This document shows, in pieces, positions 54,064-64,000 of a stretch of 64,000 nucleotides of DNA. The stretch lies in assembly GCA_965285935.1 (NCBI GenBank), contig OZ260664.1, positions 78,244,001 through 78,308,000 on the forward strand, read 5' to 3'. The position numbers and the translations under genes were made by a program. Source of the stretch: Ophelia neglecta (taxonomy: Eukaryota). The notes beneath the pieces were generated by a model, which was given only the letters and a program-made list of their open reading frames with translations, made no database searches and was not told the DNA's origin. How positions within the stretch are numbered: position 1 is the stretch's first letter; each line of letters begins with the position of its first letter.

Positions 54064-57000
54064 GTAAACATATAACATTGCATCTGATCATCAAGTGTAA
54101 ACACATACACAGATGCAAATACGACAAGGAAGGATTGCCTTAATCTTTAAAGAATATTTCATTGGTATATTACTTTTACATCTCAACCGCCCAGAAGGTC
54201 CAAACGTTAATCTGATTTTGAAAGGTTTAATTAATATTGCTAATGTATGACCTTACTTATATAAAAAAAAACATTTCGCCTTTTCACAATGTATCCGTGG
54301 CGAAAGTGGCAGAATTCCGATATGTTATTTAATTGAGGGATAGAAGGGAAATATGCCCTTTTGCCACACACCAACTATTTTCATCATTCGAATACTGGTT
54401 CATTTTTGCAAGTGGCGTTTCTGTTTTGCGAACTATAAAAAAATCCATCAATCTGTCATGCAATATACTCTAACACAGACATCCTAAACCCACAAACAAA
54501 CACAATACCATAGGTCAGATGCGGAAAATCAAATTTATATGGGCATGCTCCAGTAACACGTACTTGTATAAAAATACTTGGAAAGTCCTTTCTAAAAGGC
54601 AAAAAAACTACAGTTTTCTATAGTTGTATCGTGGTCAAAATAGCTTGTGTCGGTATCTTTTAAAAATATGAACTGTGATCCATTTGGCCAAATAAAAAAT
54701 GGTATTTTATTTTATGCCACGTTATGTTTAAAGCCTCAATGACAGGGTCTATAAATATGTTATCGCCTTATATGATGATAATTCCCGACATAATCATGAA
54801 ATTCATGTGGGTTGTCATTTCCAATTGACCGTTTGGTCACAGTCACACTGTGTAGAAAATATAGATCTACGTACTAGCTGGATGACAATTTTGTTTCCTT
54901 CATTTATACGCATATTGCATAATATCTGGGAAAGGTTTAGGATGTTTCTTCATTAGTTCTTTTAAAATATCTAGCATATTTCTTCGGATCGAATGCTAGC
55001 AAATCTTGATGGAACACGACATCAAATTGCATCCCCTTAGCAAAATTGTACACTCAATAATAATTTGCGGCACGAACACAGTTTGTCGTACTTAGGGAAA
55101 TCCGCAGCTTCACCCGAGAACTAATGACAGAAGGCAAGATAATTAGAAGGCCGTACAGCAATCCAGATTGAGCGATGGGGATTTTACACACTGTGACCAA
55201 CATGCTAGAATGCCTTAAAGCCTGTCATTCTTAGCTCAAATAGGTTCATACAACAATGCGGTTGGCTTCTAACATTCCCCTTTCCTCCGATTCGTGATTG
55301 ATCGCATTTGCCGATAGATGAAATCCGTGCAAAGATATCCTTGTCATTCTGTGAGAGAGAAGCTCTTGCAATTCGCCAATTTCATTAAAAGATCTGGCAA
55401 ATGCAGTTTTATTAATGACATTTCGCACTTTTACAAAATCAATCACTGGACTTCGAAGAAAAGAACACTACGGACCATTGATACTAGCAATGGTTATAAA
55501 TCTTCCAATTAATAATCAATACGTATTTCTAAGCTTAACACCTCCCGGTTTCACCTATGGTTGAAGTAGAAAACATTAGTCTCACATCATCCTAACATCC
55601 TACACGAACACGCACTAGTTTTTAATCTGATTGGCTATGAACATACCTGTGCTTCCAGGATCGAGTCATGGGCAGCCACAAATGTTGTATGTCCCTACCA
55701 GCCGAGGAGGTTGTAAATATCATTATTGTCACTGGTGGAAGACAATATGTAATATCGCTCAACCTGCCATTTATTATTTCTATAATATAACAGAACGACG
55801 GACGCAGAAATGAATACTAATCGCCTATTTGGTAAATTGCCTGCAAATAATCTATTATAATTTTCAACATTGCAATATGCTTGAGGTGTGTCCAGCCTGC
55901 AACATGACGGTTGCATTATGCAACATTTGTTCACCTTCTACATTCATATTATGCATTCTGAACATGGACACACACATAACTGGAATTTCCTCTTTGTAAT
56001 GGGCGCAGTGTATTTTCATTGTTTGCGTTCCATTTTGCTATCCCCATGTGTCTTTACATTATCGAGTTTACATTTTTTGCAATATGAGCATATCTTGCCT
56101 CCTGTTTATTTCATGCTAGATATGTTCATCGCGACTGGCATTGCTTAAATGTATATTTTCATTTTAAATTGAGTATCATGCAAGGTGCCACTATGCAGGC
56201 TGTCTGTCATTCCCAATACCATAATGGACGTTTGTCTTGAGCATAATTAAACTCGAATATGGAAATCCCCATGAGCACTGGACAATGCGACGTCAACAAA
56301 GAGAATACACTGCGCACATTACACAATGGAATATCAGACGAATGTCACCTCGCACGATGGGCACAAAATAAGGAATATTGCAATACTAAGAGACACGATA
56401 GATATTTTAGCAGGTGTTGTACCCCAGAGTCGCTTTCTAAGTAACTAGTTTTTTCTTTTGTTGCTTACAATGGTGGATCAGGAGCGGATATCCGGCCGTC
56501 TGCTGATGGAGATAAACCTATAACACAGTCCGTATCATCGGGGACAGTCCACTGCCCACTTTCACTAACATCCTCGATTTGGGTCGTTAATAGAACCAAA
56601 CGACCAAGGGGCTTACACAGAAGGAGGGTGATATATACGCTAAGAGGCACGGTGCTGGATAATCTACCTCTCAGGTGTGAAGCGGGGAGTTCAGATAACT
56701 GGACCATCCTCCTTAGAATACACACCACACATGAAAATTTTAAAACGCGCCAGAGTGAATGAAACAGAAGATAACGTAGTTAATTTCCCCAATGAATCGC
56801 CCAAAAATATTTTGGTCCCAGGGTCGAAAGGAACTTGTTTATAAACTCCCGAGGTAAAACATTTTCTCCTGCCTAACGAAATCAAACCTGCTTTTCAGAA
56901 AGGGAGTGGATAACCTAGCAAAATGGTCCTTCAGAAACAAAGAACACAATAAGAGATCGACAACAACCGATCTACCAACAAACGCCATTTCAATATTTCT

Positions 57001-57233
57001 AAATAAACCTGTACCGAAAAAACACTAACCTGTACCGATAAAACACAGGAGTGGACAACCTGCAGACAAAATTAAATTATTTGTCAACAATCTTTCTATA
57101 ATAGAAATAATGGGAAATAATCCATGACAGGAATCAACCTAATACCAGTCAGTCCTTATGGTAGTGCACCGTTCTAGAAGAGTCTGGAATGAACTTAGCA
57201 TCCTTGTAAATGTAAATGTAGAAAAAAGTTAAG

Positions 57234-58715
57234 ATGGCCGACGGTGATATTGACGCTGATCCAGTGCTCGACATATTTTCTGTTGATCTGCCGAGCCTGG
57301 ACATCGCGGCTAAACAAATATTGGTCAAGGTACAGGATAAACCAAGGAAGGATATAGTTGAGGAGTTAACACTTGAGCTGGATGAGGAATACATAAAGGA
57401 AACGAGAGAAAATATATCGGTGGAGGCTCTAAACTATTTTGAAGGTATGTGCAAGGCGGTTGGCATTGCAGGGTTTGATAGAAATGATTTTGTGTTGAGA
57501 GACAGAAGAGCTTCATGTACAAGAGCAGAAGATATTATCGACCTATTCCAGTACGTGACTGGAATGCAAGAGGACTTTCCAAAGGCCATATATAAAGAAT
57601 CAAAAAGCACGGTTAAAAATAAATATTTGAAAGACAAAGCAGTGGGCAGTAAAGCTGTAATGGATCTGGCGGTAAAACTGAATGATCATATCTCTAGCGA
57701 GTGTGAGGCTCGAAAAGACATAAGTGATCGTTTTGAAGCATTTTATAGTAAATATCAAAAGGAAATTAAGAAACTCATGGGAAAAATTCATGAGCTGGAG
57801 GAGGAAAACAAATCCCTTCGACATCTTTTGAATCTCACACAAAATATATCAGGGGCCACATGCCATTCAGATGTGGCAGAGAGTGCGGGCGAACACAATG
57901 CCAGAAGGAAGGTTGACCACAATGAACACCTAACCGACGAAAACAATATAACAACTGCTGATCCGAAAGGTGTGGCAAACAGTACGTCGGAGCAGCTGAC
58001 TGGGGACAGTCAGGTCACCGTCGCGGGCAATGTAAACAAACCGAACAATGACACCGGGAACGGCTCCCTGGATCTAGAATTTCCCCCGCTTAGCCTCACC
58101 CCAGGACAGAGGTCGCTCAGCATGGATGATGACGACAACTCGTGGGAGGCTAAGATTAGCAAGAGGACTCTACGAAATTTACGCCGTGCCGAGCGGCCAG
58201 AAAGGACAAGCCCCAGTCCTGCGTCCAACCTACGGGGCAGAAACCCTTCGGCCCCTCCGCCCCCCGTCAAACCTCTCCGAGGCCGACAACGGGTGGAGGG
58301 AACGAGCATATACGTCCAGGACATAGCCATTGATCTGGATGAGGAGGATACAGCTATCGTGCGGGGAATTCGGGCCTATGCTCAGGCCCACGGACTGACA
58401 GTTATGTCATGCAGGGTGGTCAGAAACAGATTTAATGACATGGTAGTCGGCTGCAGGATCTTTGTACCAGTAGAACAAGTAGATAAAGTCTTAGAAAGGG
58501 GCTTCTGGCCACGGGGCATAACGTGCCGAAAGTGGGAGCAACGGCGCAACGGAAGGCCGGCAGCAGCCGAGCCTGACTCACTCAGTTCACGGCGCAGTTT
58601 GAAACCAGCTGAAGAGCGTATAGGATCAAATGACTATTACAATGACAATACATCTAAATCGAGTGATTATTATGCACGTTTTGAATATGATCATAGTAGT
58701 AATCCTTATATGTAG
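57234..58715 (+). CDS. LINE ORF1 protein (coiled-coil, low-complexity linker, C-terminal RRM-like domain)
   Basis: 493-aa ORF upstream of ORF2. Heptad-like KYQKEIKKLMGKIHELEEENKSLRHLL. C-terminal SIYVQDI...GCRIFVP...FWPRGITCRKW domain of the kind seen in LINE ORF1 proteins. Confidence 0.9.
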   Translation: MADGDIDADPVLDIFSVDLPSLDIAAKQILVKVQDKPRKDIVEELTLELDEEYIKETRENISVEALNYFEGMCKAVGIAGFDRNDFVLRDRRASCTRAEDIIDLFQYVTGMQEDFPKAIYKESKSTVKNKYLKDKAVGSKAVMDLAVKLNDHISSECEARKDISDRFEAFYSKYQKEIKKLMGKIHELEEENKSLRHLLNLTQNISGATCHSDVAESAGEHNARRKVDHNEHLTDENNITTADPKGVANSTSEQLTGDSQVTVAGNVNKPNNDTGNGSLDLEFPPLSLTPGQRSLSMDDDDNSWEAKISKRTLRNLRRAERPERTSPSPASNLRGRNPSAPPPPVKPLRGRQRVEGTSIYVQDIAIDLDEEDTAIVRGIRAYAQAHGLTVMSCRVVRNRFNDMVVGCRIFVPVEQVDKVLERGFWPRGITCRKWEQRRNGRPAAAEPDSLSSRRSLKPAEERIGSNDYYNDNTSKSSDYYARFEYDHSSNPYM

Positions 58716-58764
58716 TGTACCAATATATGACAGGTTATTATATAAACCAACCTGGGTGGAAACA

Positions 58765-61700
58765 ATGGAACCTACTACAGGAAGTCATGTGACATGCAAT
58801 GTAAGATGTATGTCCTTTAATGTCAGGGGTATTAGAGATGAACTTAAAAGAAAATCAGTGTATCAATTTATACGTGATAAACAGGCGGATGTATGTTTGT
58901 TACAAGAAGCGCATAGTACTAAGGCCGATGAGGCAATATGGCAGAATCAATGGGGGGGAAAAGTCTATTATTCCCATGGAACATCCATGGCAAGAGGAGT
59001 CATGATACTAATTAAACCAGGGTTAGATGTTAAAATTGATAAAATAGAAGCAGACGAATGGGGGAGGAAGCTAGCTATTCTTGGTAATATACAGGACACG
59101 GGGATGACTATTTACAATATCTATGCCCCAAATGAAGAAAAGTCTAGACTGCAATTTTTTAAAGACCTATACATATCTATGAGAGATTCCTGTGACATAT
59201 TGACAAATATCATCTTAGGTGGGGATTTTAATACAATATTAGATCCTACATTAGATAGGAAAGGGGGTAATATGCAAACTACCCAAAATTATGTTGATAT
59301 TGTGAGAACGATACAGGATATCATGTCACTATTCGAATTAAAGGATGTATGGAGATGGTTGAACCCCGAGGTTAGGCGGTTTACCTGGCGGCAAAGGTCG
59401 CCTCAAATCCACAGTCGGCTCGACCTTTGGCTTTTGTCAGCAACACTGTGTGACATGGTCGAAAAGGTTGATGTAGTTCCCTCCATCAAAAGTGACCACT
59501 CCGCAATAATAGTGGATATAAAGGGATCAAAACACACTAGGGGTAGGGGATATTGGAAAATGAACAACTCTTTCCTGGATGATCTAGACTATGTCACTAG
59601 TCTAGGTAAAGAATTTATTAAGTGGAAAGAGGAGAGTAATGTGTTTGGAGATAAGAGGATGGCGTGGGAGTATTTAAAGTTTAAAGTAAGAGATTTTTCT
59701 TTGAAGTTTGGAAAAAATCAAGCTAGGTGTCGAGTAACAAAATCCAAAGAACTGGAGGTGAAACTCCAGGAGGTCAGTAATCAGTTAGATAGCTGCCAAG
59801 ATTTCTGCCGGGTGGAGAAGCTTTTCCAGGAGAAGGAAGAGATAGAAAATGAATTGAGTAAAATAGAAGATTACAAAACCAAAGGGTTAATCGTAAGATC
59901 CAGGAGCAAGTGGGTAGAACAAGGAGAGCGGAGTAATAGTTATTTCATGCGCTTAATATCTAGAAATCGGGTAAAAACAAACATGAACAAGCTAAAACGG
60001 GAGGATGGGACGTGTACTACTAATCAAGGGGAAATACTGAATATGCAACAAAAGTACTATAAAAAATTGTATGAAAACCGCCGGTTAAAAAGTAAGGACC
60101 AGGTCAATAACTATCTGAAAACAATAACAAACTGTAGTTTATCAGATGAAGAGAGTAAAAGTTGCGACGGTTTGCTTTCACTTGAGGAGCTAAAAAGGAT
60201 TTTGGGTACTTTTCAGAGAGACAAATCCCCTGGTAACGACGGTCTCACTTTAGAATTTTATCAAAAATTTTGGGATTTAGTCGGCATACCCCTGTTAGAA
60301 TCAGTTAACACTGCATACCGGCTGGGAAAGTTATCGACCTCTCAGCGGCAAGCTGTCATTACACTAATAGATAAAGGGAAAGACAGGACTCTGTTAAAGA
60401 ATTGGCGGCCGATCTCCATGCTTAATGTAGATTTTAAGATAGCATCCAAAGCCATAGCCGAAAGAATAAAATCCAAACTTCCCAAACTCATCAACAACAA
60501 TCAAGTTGGCTACGTTAAGGACAGGCATATCTCAAGCAATATAAGGTCAATATCAGACATATTATTCTATACAAAAGCAGTGAATATTCCAGGGATTTTA
60601 CTCAGTATCGATTTTGAAAAGGCTTTCGACTCGGTGGATTGGTTGTTTTTGAGGGCAACATTGGAAAAATATAATTTCGGCAGGTCACTTATAGGGTGGG
60701 TTGATCTGTTCTATACAGATGCTATGAGCTGTGTCATCAATAACGGGCACATGTCGAGCTATTTTTCTTTGGGTAGAGGGGTGAGACAGGGTGACCCCTT
60801 ATCGCCCTACCTGTTTGTGCTGGTAGCAGAAATCCTTGCCTGTAGCATCAGACAAAATCCAAGAATTGTGGGTATAGAAGTGATGGGCTCTGAAGTAAAG
60901 TTACTGCAGTACGCTGACGACACAAATGGTATGGTGCGAGATGTTCAATCAGCGAGGTATTTTTTAGATACGGTGGAGGAGTTTGGTCAACACTCGGGTC
61001 TCAGATTAAATCGGGACAAAACGGAGGCTATCTGGTTGGGGTCATCTAGAGGTAGCATCGAGAAACCTCTCGGTATATATTGGCCAGTTAGACCGCTAAA
61101 AGTGCTGGGCATTTACTTTTCTTATAATGAAGAACAAAATAATGACTTGAATTATCAAAAGAAAATTGACAAATGTAAGAATATACTGAATGAGTGGAAA
61201 GGTAGAGGTCTGACCATGATAGGTCGAGTTATTGTATTGAAAGCTTTTATTGTATCGCAGTTTCTGTACACTACGCAAGCTCTGTACATGCCCGAGACGT
61301 ATATACAGATGGTGCAAAACTTAATTTCTGACTTCATTTGGTTTGGTAAAAGGCCGAAATTGAAAAAAGAGGTGCTAGTGAGAAAGAAGGAACATGGAGG
61401 GCTAAATGTTCCTTGCTTTAAAAGTATGGTTGAGTGTTCTTATATAAAGTGGCTCAAAAGAATGAATATGGAAGAACAAAGCACATGGAGATACTTTTTA
61501 GATTATTATATGAAATCGTGCAATGTCAATTTGTATGCTCTTTTATGCTCAAATTATGATTGTAAAGACATTCTTTTAGAAGGAAAGGTGCCCAAATTTT
61601 ACGTATGTATGTTAGCATGTTGGTTCAGATATGGGAACACAAATATTCCTAGGAAATTCTGTTTGTTTTACAATAGAAATATCCTGGTAGATGGCAAGAT

Positions 61701-62517
61701 AATATTTTATAAACAATTCTATGATGTAGGAATCAGATATGTATGGGATGTGTGTAATCAAAATGGTGACATAATATCCTTTTGCGACCTGGTACAGAAA
61801 TATGGCTTAGACAGTAAAAATTGGTTGCACTGGATGGGTATTGTAGATGCGGTTCGCAAATCTGACATTGTATATGAAGAAGCATTAAGCTACGAAACGA
61901 AGGATACCAAATTTTTGATTAACCAGGTTCCTTTAGAGTGTGTAACAACAAAAGAGATATATGCTGAAATATTTGATAGAAACGGTATAAACAAAGATTA
62001 TGCGCCAAGAATTACAAAGTATGTGAAAGCCAAGGAAGGAGTTTGTTTATCGCAAGTCTTCAAACGAATATATACTGGACTTGCAGACACCAGACTAAGA
62101 GAGTTCCAGTATAAATTCCTTCATGACATTTTAGTAAATAATTATTGGTTGTTCAAATGGGGTTTAAAGGAGCATGATATGTGCACCTTCTGTAATGAGG
62201 AGGTTGAGGATCTACATCATATGTATTGGGAGTGTATTGTTGTACAGGGTTTTTGGAAGGAATGTGAGAAACGAGTATTTAAAGAAAAGCTAAATGTAGA
62301 AGACATTTTCTTTGGAAGAGATGAGAGTTTGTTTTTTACTCTTTCTTGTTTAGCCAGGAAGTATCTGTATACCTGTAGACTAAAAGACGCCTTTCCTAAT
62401 TTTGAGGCCTACAAAAGAGTAATTATGCATCAAAGGGAAATAGAAGTGTTGATGTCAACAACTGAAAAGCAGAATGCAGGGCATGTCAACAAATGGGCTG
62501 GATTCACAATAGCATGA
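58765..62517 (+). CDS. LINE ORF2 protein: APE endonuclease, reverse transcriptase, C-terminal CCHC
   Basis: APE motifs SFNVRG, LQEAH, YAPN, GGDFN, SRLD, SDHS. L1/Tx1-typical GYWKMNNSFL. RT motifs KSPGNDG, NWRPISMLNVDFK, IDFEKAFDSV, GVRQGDPLSPYLF, YADD. Zinc knuckle CTFC...HMYWEC. The frame is open from 58630; the likely start is ATG 58765. Confidence 0.97.
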   Translation: MEPTTGSHVTCNVRCMSFNVRGIRDELKRKSVYQFIRDKQADVCLLQEAHSTKADEAIWQNQWGGKVYYSHGTSMARGVMILIKPGLDVKIDKIEADEWGRKLAILGNIQDTGMTIYNIYAPNEEKSRLQFFKDLYISMRDSCDILTNIILGGDFNTILDPTLDRKGGNMQTTQNYVDIVRTIQDIMSLFELKDVWRWLNPEVRRFTWRQRSPQIHSRLDLWLLSATLCDMVEKVDVVPSIKSDHSAIIVDIKGSKHTRGRGYWKMNNSFLDDLDYVTSLGKEFIKWKEESNVFGDKRMAWEYLKFKVRDFSLKFGKNQARCRVTKSKELEVKLQEVSNQLDSCQDFCRVEKLFQEKEEIENELSKIEDYKTKGLIVRSRSKWVEQGERSNSYFMRLISRNRVKTNMNKLKREDGTCTTNQGEILNMQQKYYKKLYENRRLKSKDQVNNYLKTITNCSLSDEESKSCDGLLSLEELKRILGTFQRDKSPGNDGLTLEFYQKFWDLVGIPLLESVNTAYRLGKLSTSQRQAVITLIDKGKDRTLLKNWRPISMLNVDFKIASKAIAERIKSKLPKLINNNQVGYVKDRHISSNIRSISDILFYTKAVNIPGILLSIDFEKAFDSVDWLFLRATLEKYNFGRSLIGWVDLFYTDAMSCVINNGHMSSYFSLGRGVRQGDPLSPYLFVLVAEILACSIRQNPRIVGIEVMGSEVKLLQYADDTNGMVRDVQSARYFLDTVEEFGQHSGLRLNRDKTEAIWLGSSRGSIEKPLGIYWPVRPLKVLGIYFSYNEEQNNDLNYQKKIDKCKNILNEWKGRGLTMIGRVIVLKAFIVSQFLYTTQALYMPETYIQMVQNLISDFIWFGKRPKLKKEVLVRKKEHGGLNVPCFKSMVECSYIKWLKRMNMEEQSTWRYFLDYYMKSCNVNLYALLCSNYDCKDILLEGKVPKFYVCMLACWFRYGNTNIPRKFCLFYNRNILVDGKIIFYKQFYDVGIRYVWDVCNQNGDIISFCDLVQKYGLDSKNWLHWMGIVDAVRKSDIVYEEALSYETKDTKFLINQVPLECVTTKEIYAEIFDRNGINKDYAPRITKYVKAKEGVCLSQVFKRIYTGLADTRLREFQYKFLHDILVNNYWLFKWGLKEHDMCTFCNEEVEDLHHMYWECIVVQGFWKECEKRVFKEKLNVEDIFFGRDESLFFTLSCLARKYLYTCRLKDAFPNFEAYKRVIMHQREIEVLMSTTEKQNAGHVNKWAGFTIA

Positions 62518-62626
62518 TACTGAGATATAACTATATGTATGTACTATATTGTAATATTGGGGGAATACTATTCTTTTAACAATTGGACATGTCCATATTT
62601 GTAATTGAATATGTAATATGAATAAA

Positions 62627-62694
<68 letters not shown>

Positions 62695-62706
62695 TTGTAA
62701 ATGTAA

Positions 62707-63000
62707 GAATACAAAGGAAATACGAGAGACCACTACCTCACAACACTGAGGATGAATAGCACAGACATCGCTCACGTCGAACAGCAGCACAGAAAGCCCA
62801 CTTTGTAATTGGAAAAACAATGACAGGCCCGTATATCTATGGGATATATTCTACCCGATGTCTAATTAAAGCCTTGCGCGCGAAATTAGACAAACCGTAC
62901 ATGCCATCATGCTGGGTATTTTCCAGTAATAAACAGAAACACTGGATCATGCGATACTCATCCTCGAGTACCCCACAGCAAGGACAATTGCTCTCTAATG
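62707..63000 (+). pseudogene. Decayed ORF2 C-terminal remnant of an older LINE forming the target of the young element
   Basis: Frame-disrupted motifs in the expected order: NTKEIRE, YGIYSTRCLIK, a frameshifted C-x-x-C (acatgccatcatgc), then ETLDHAILILEYPTARTI at 62936. This resembles the L1-type E-T-x-x-H...C-P knuckle. Confidence 0.45.
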
Positions 63001-64000
63001 TAAAGACCCTTCCATGTACCCGTCTCAACCCTTTAATGATGTGACCTTAACCGTAATACTACCAGTGTCTTAACTGCCTGTTCAAGTACATGTAAATACA
63101 CCACGGTAATTTAGGGCAGCGATTTTTCCCGTCTACGATATGTACAGCCTAGCAACTACTCAAAATCCCATCCGCGAAAAGTACATTTTCACATCCGCGA
63201 AAATTACTTACATCAATAATCCCATCCCGAAAATGTACATAAGTTATTTAAGTAGAACGCTATAAAGTATTAAAACGTGCTTATGTTTTCGGTAATGGCT
63301 TGATGCTGTGTGCATCACTACCTTCTTTTCTTCTAACATATCCATCAATAAGGCTTAGACATTTTTGCTTGTGATAGTATATGTAGCAAAGACATAATTT
63401 CAAAATCCACCAGGTATACCTTAGCCCTTCGTTCTACCTCCACAATCTAAGTCACTATTCTACCTAAGATATAAATTAATATATCCATTAAGTCGCCATT
63501 CCATATGCATTGGGAGGACTTCAAGTTCGGGGGGGGGGGGGGGGGGGGGCAGATATACGCTGCAATTTTTATGAATATTAGATACGTGCCGCCAGAAAAG
63601 AGACATTTAATTGATGTGAAACTAGGTAAGCGGCGATCTTCATAGGAAAGTTGATAGGGGACTGTTTGTGGAGCTGTGGAAGGTATACCCTAACCAACTA
63701 ACTGAAGGGGCTAAATTAACGTGATGTTCAAGATATAGACCAATTCGATGTTTCCGCTTATGTACTTCCGCTGCATATGCTCGCAGCGACGTGATGTCGA
63801 CAAATGGTTGCAATCATGCAATTAGGCCTACTGTTAATATACAACTTTAAGAAGGCCTACGTGTCCTTACTCGGGCCTACACCATCTATAGCTAATCTTT
63901 GGGAGGGCGACAGTTCTGTTTTGTTATATAAAATTGTACGAGTTTAACTTTTAGTTGCTATACAGTGAAGCGTTGGGGTTGTGCCGACGAGGATTGTTAC

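Larger units (their letters stand above)
57216..62690 (+). mobile_element. Intact L1/Tx1-type non-LTR retrotransposon (LINE), recent insertion
   Basis: Two uninterrupted ORFs. AATAAA at 62621-62626 and pure poly(A) at 62631-62690. Perfect 16-bp TSD ATCCTTGTAAATGTAA at 57200-57215 and 62691-62706. Confidence 0.97.

Noticed and set aside
54833-55200. Inverted TTGGTCACAGT...ACTGTGACCAA with a CACAGTG-like heptamer
   Set aside because: Only about 11 bp of perfect match and no direct TSD; too weak to call a second Transib-like element.
62629-62820. Minus-strand ORF ending in poly-Phe, and antisense ORFs within the LINE
   Set aside because: These are the reverse read of the poly(A) tail and shadow frames of ORF1/ORF2.

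Overview
AT-rich eukaryotic DNA, probably from a marine invertebrate: spliceosomal GT-AG introns, microsatellites, G/C homopolymer runs and one 150-N gap. Almost all short ORFs in the track are noise. (1) A minus-strand multi-exon gene was rebuilt by hand from splice phases: signal-peptide exon 12444-12336, then 9399-9090, 6428-6364, 2643-2569, 2231-2152 and 2015-1898. It encodes a secreted or cell-surface Cys-rich protein and probably continues past the left edge. Its first coding intron holds an untracked 84-codon exon-like frame (9994-9739) ending in a GPI-anchor-like signal and phase-compatible with the same signal-peptide exon. (2) An intact, young L1/Tx1-type non-LTR retrotransposon (57216-62690) has ORF1, an APE-RT-CCHC ORF2, about 60 nt of poly(A) and a 16-bp TSD, and appears to have inserted into a decayed older LINE. 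(3) Non-autonomous DNA transposons: a Transib-like element with RSS-heptamer-like CACGGTG ends, ~285-bp TIRs and a 5-bp TSD; a ~1-kb TIR element; a Tc1/mariner-type MITE; and a Harbinger-type MITE. (4) Minisatellites, including a 47-bp TTAGGG-containing array. No convincing exons were found between about 18.3 and 56 kb.
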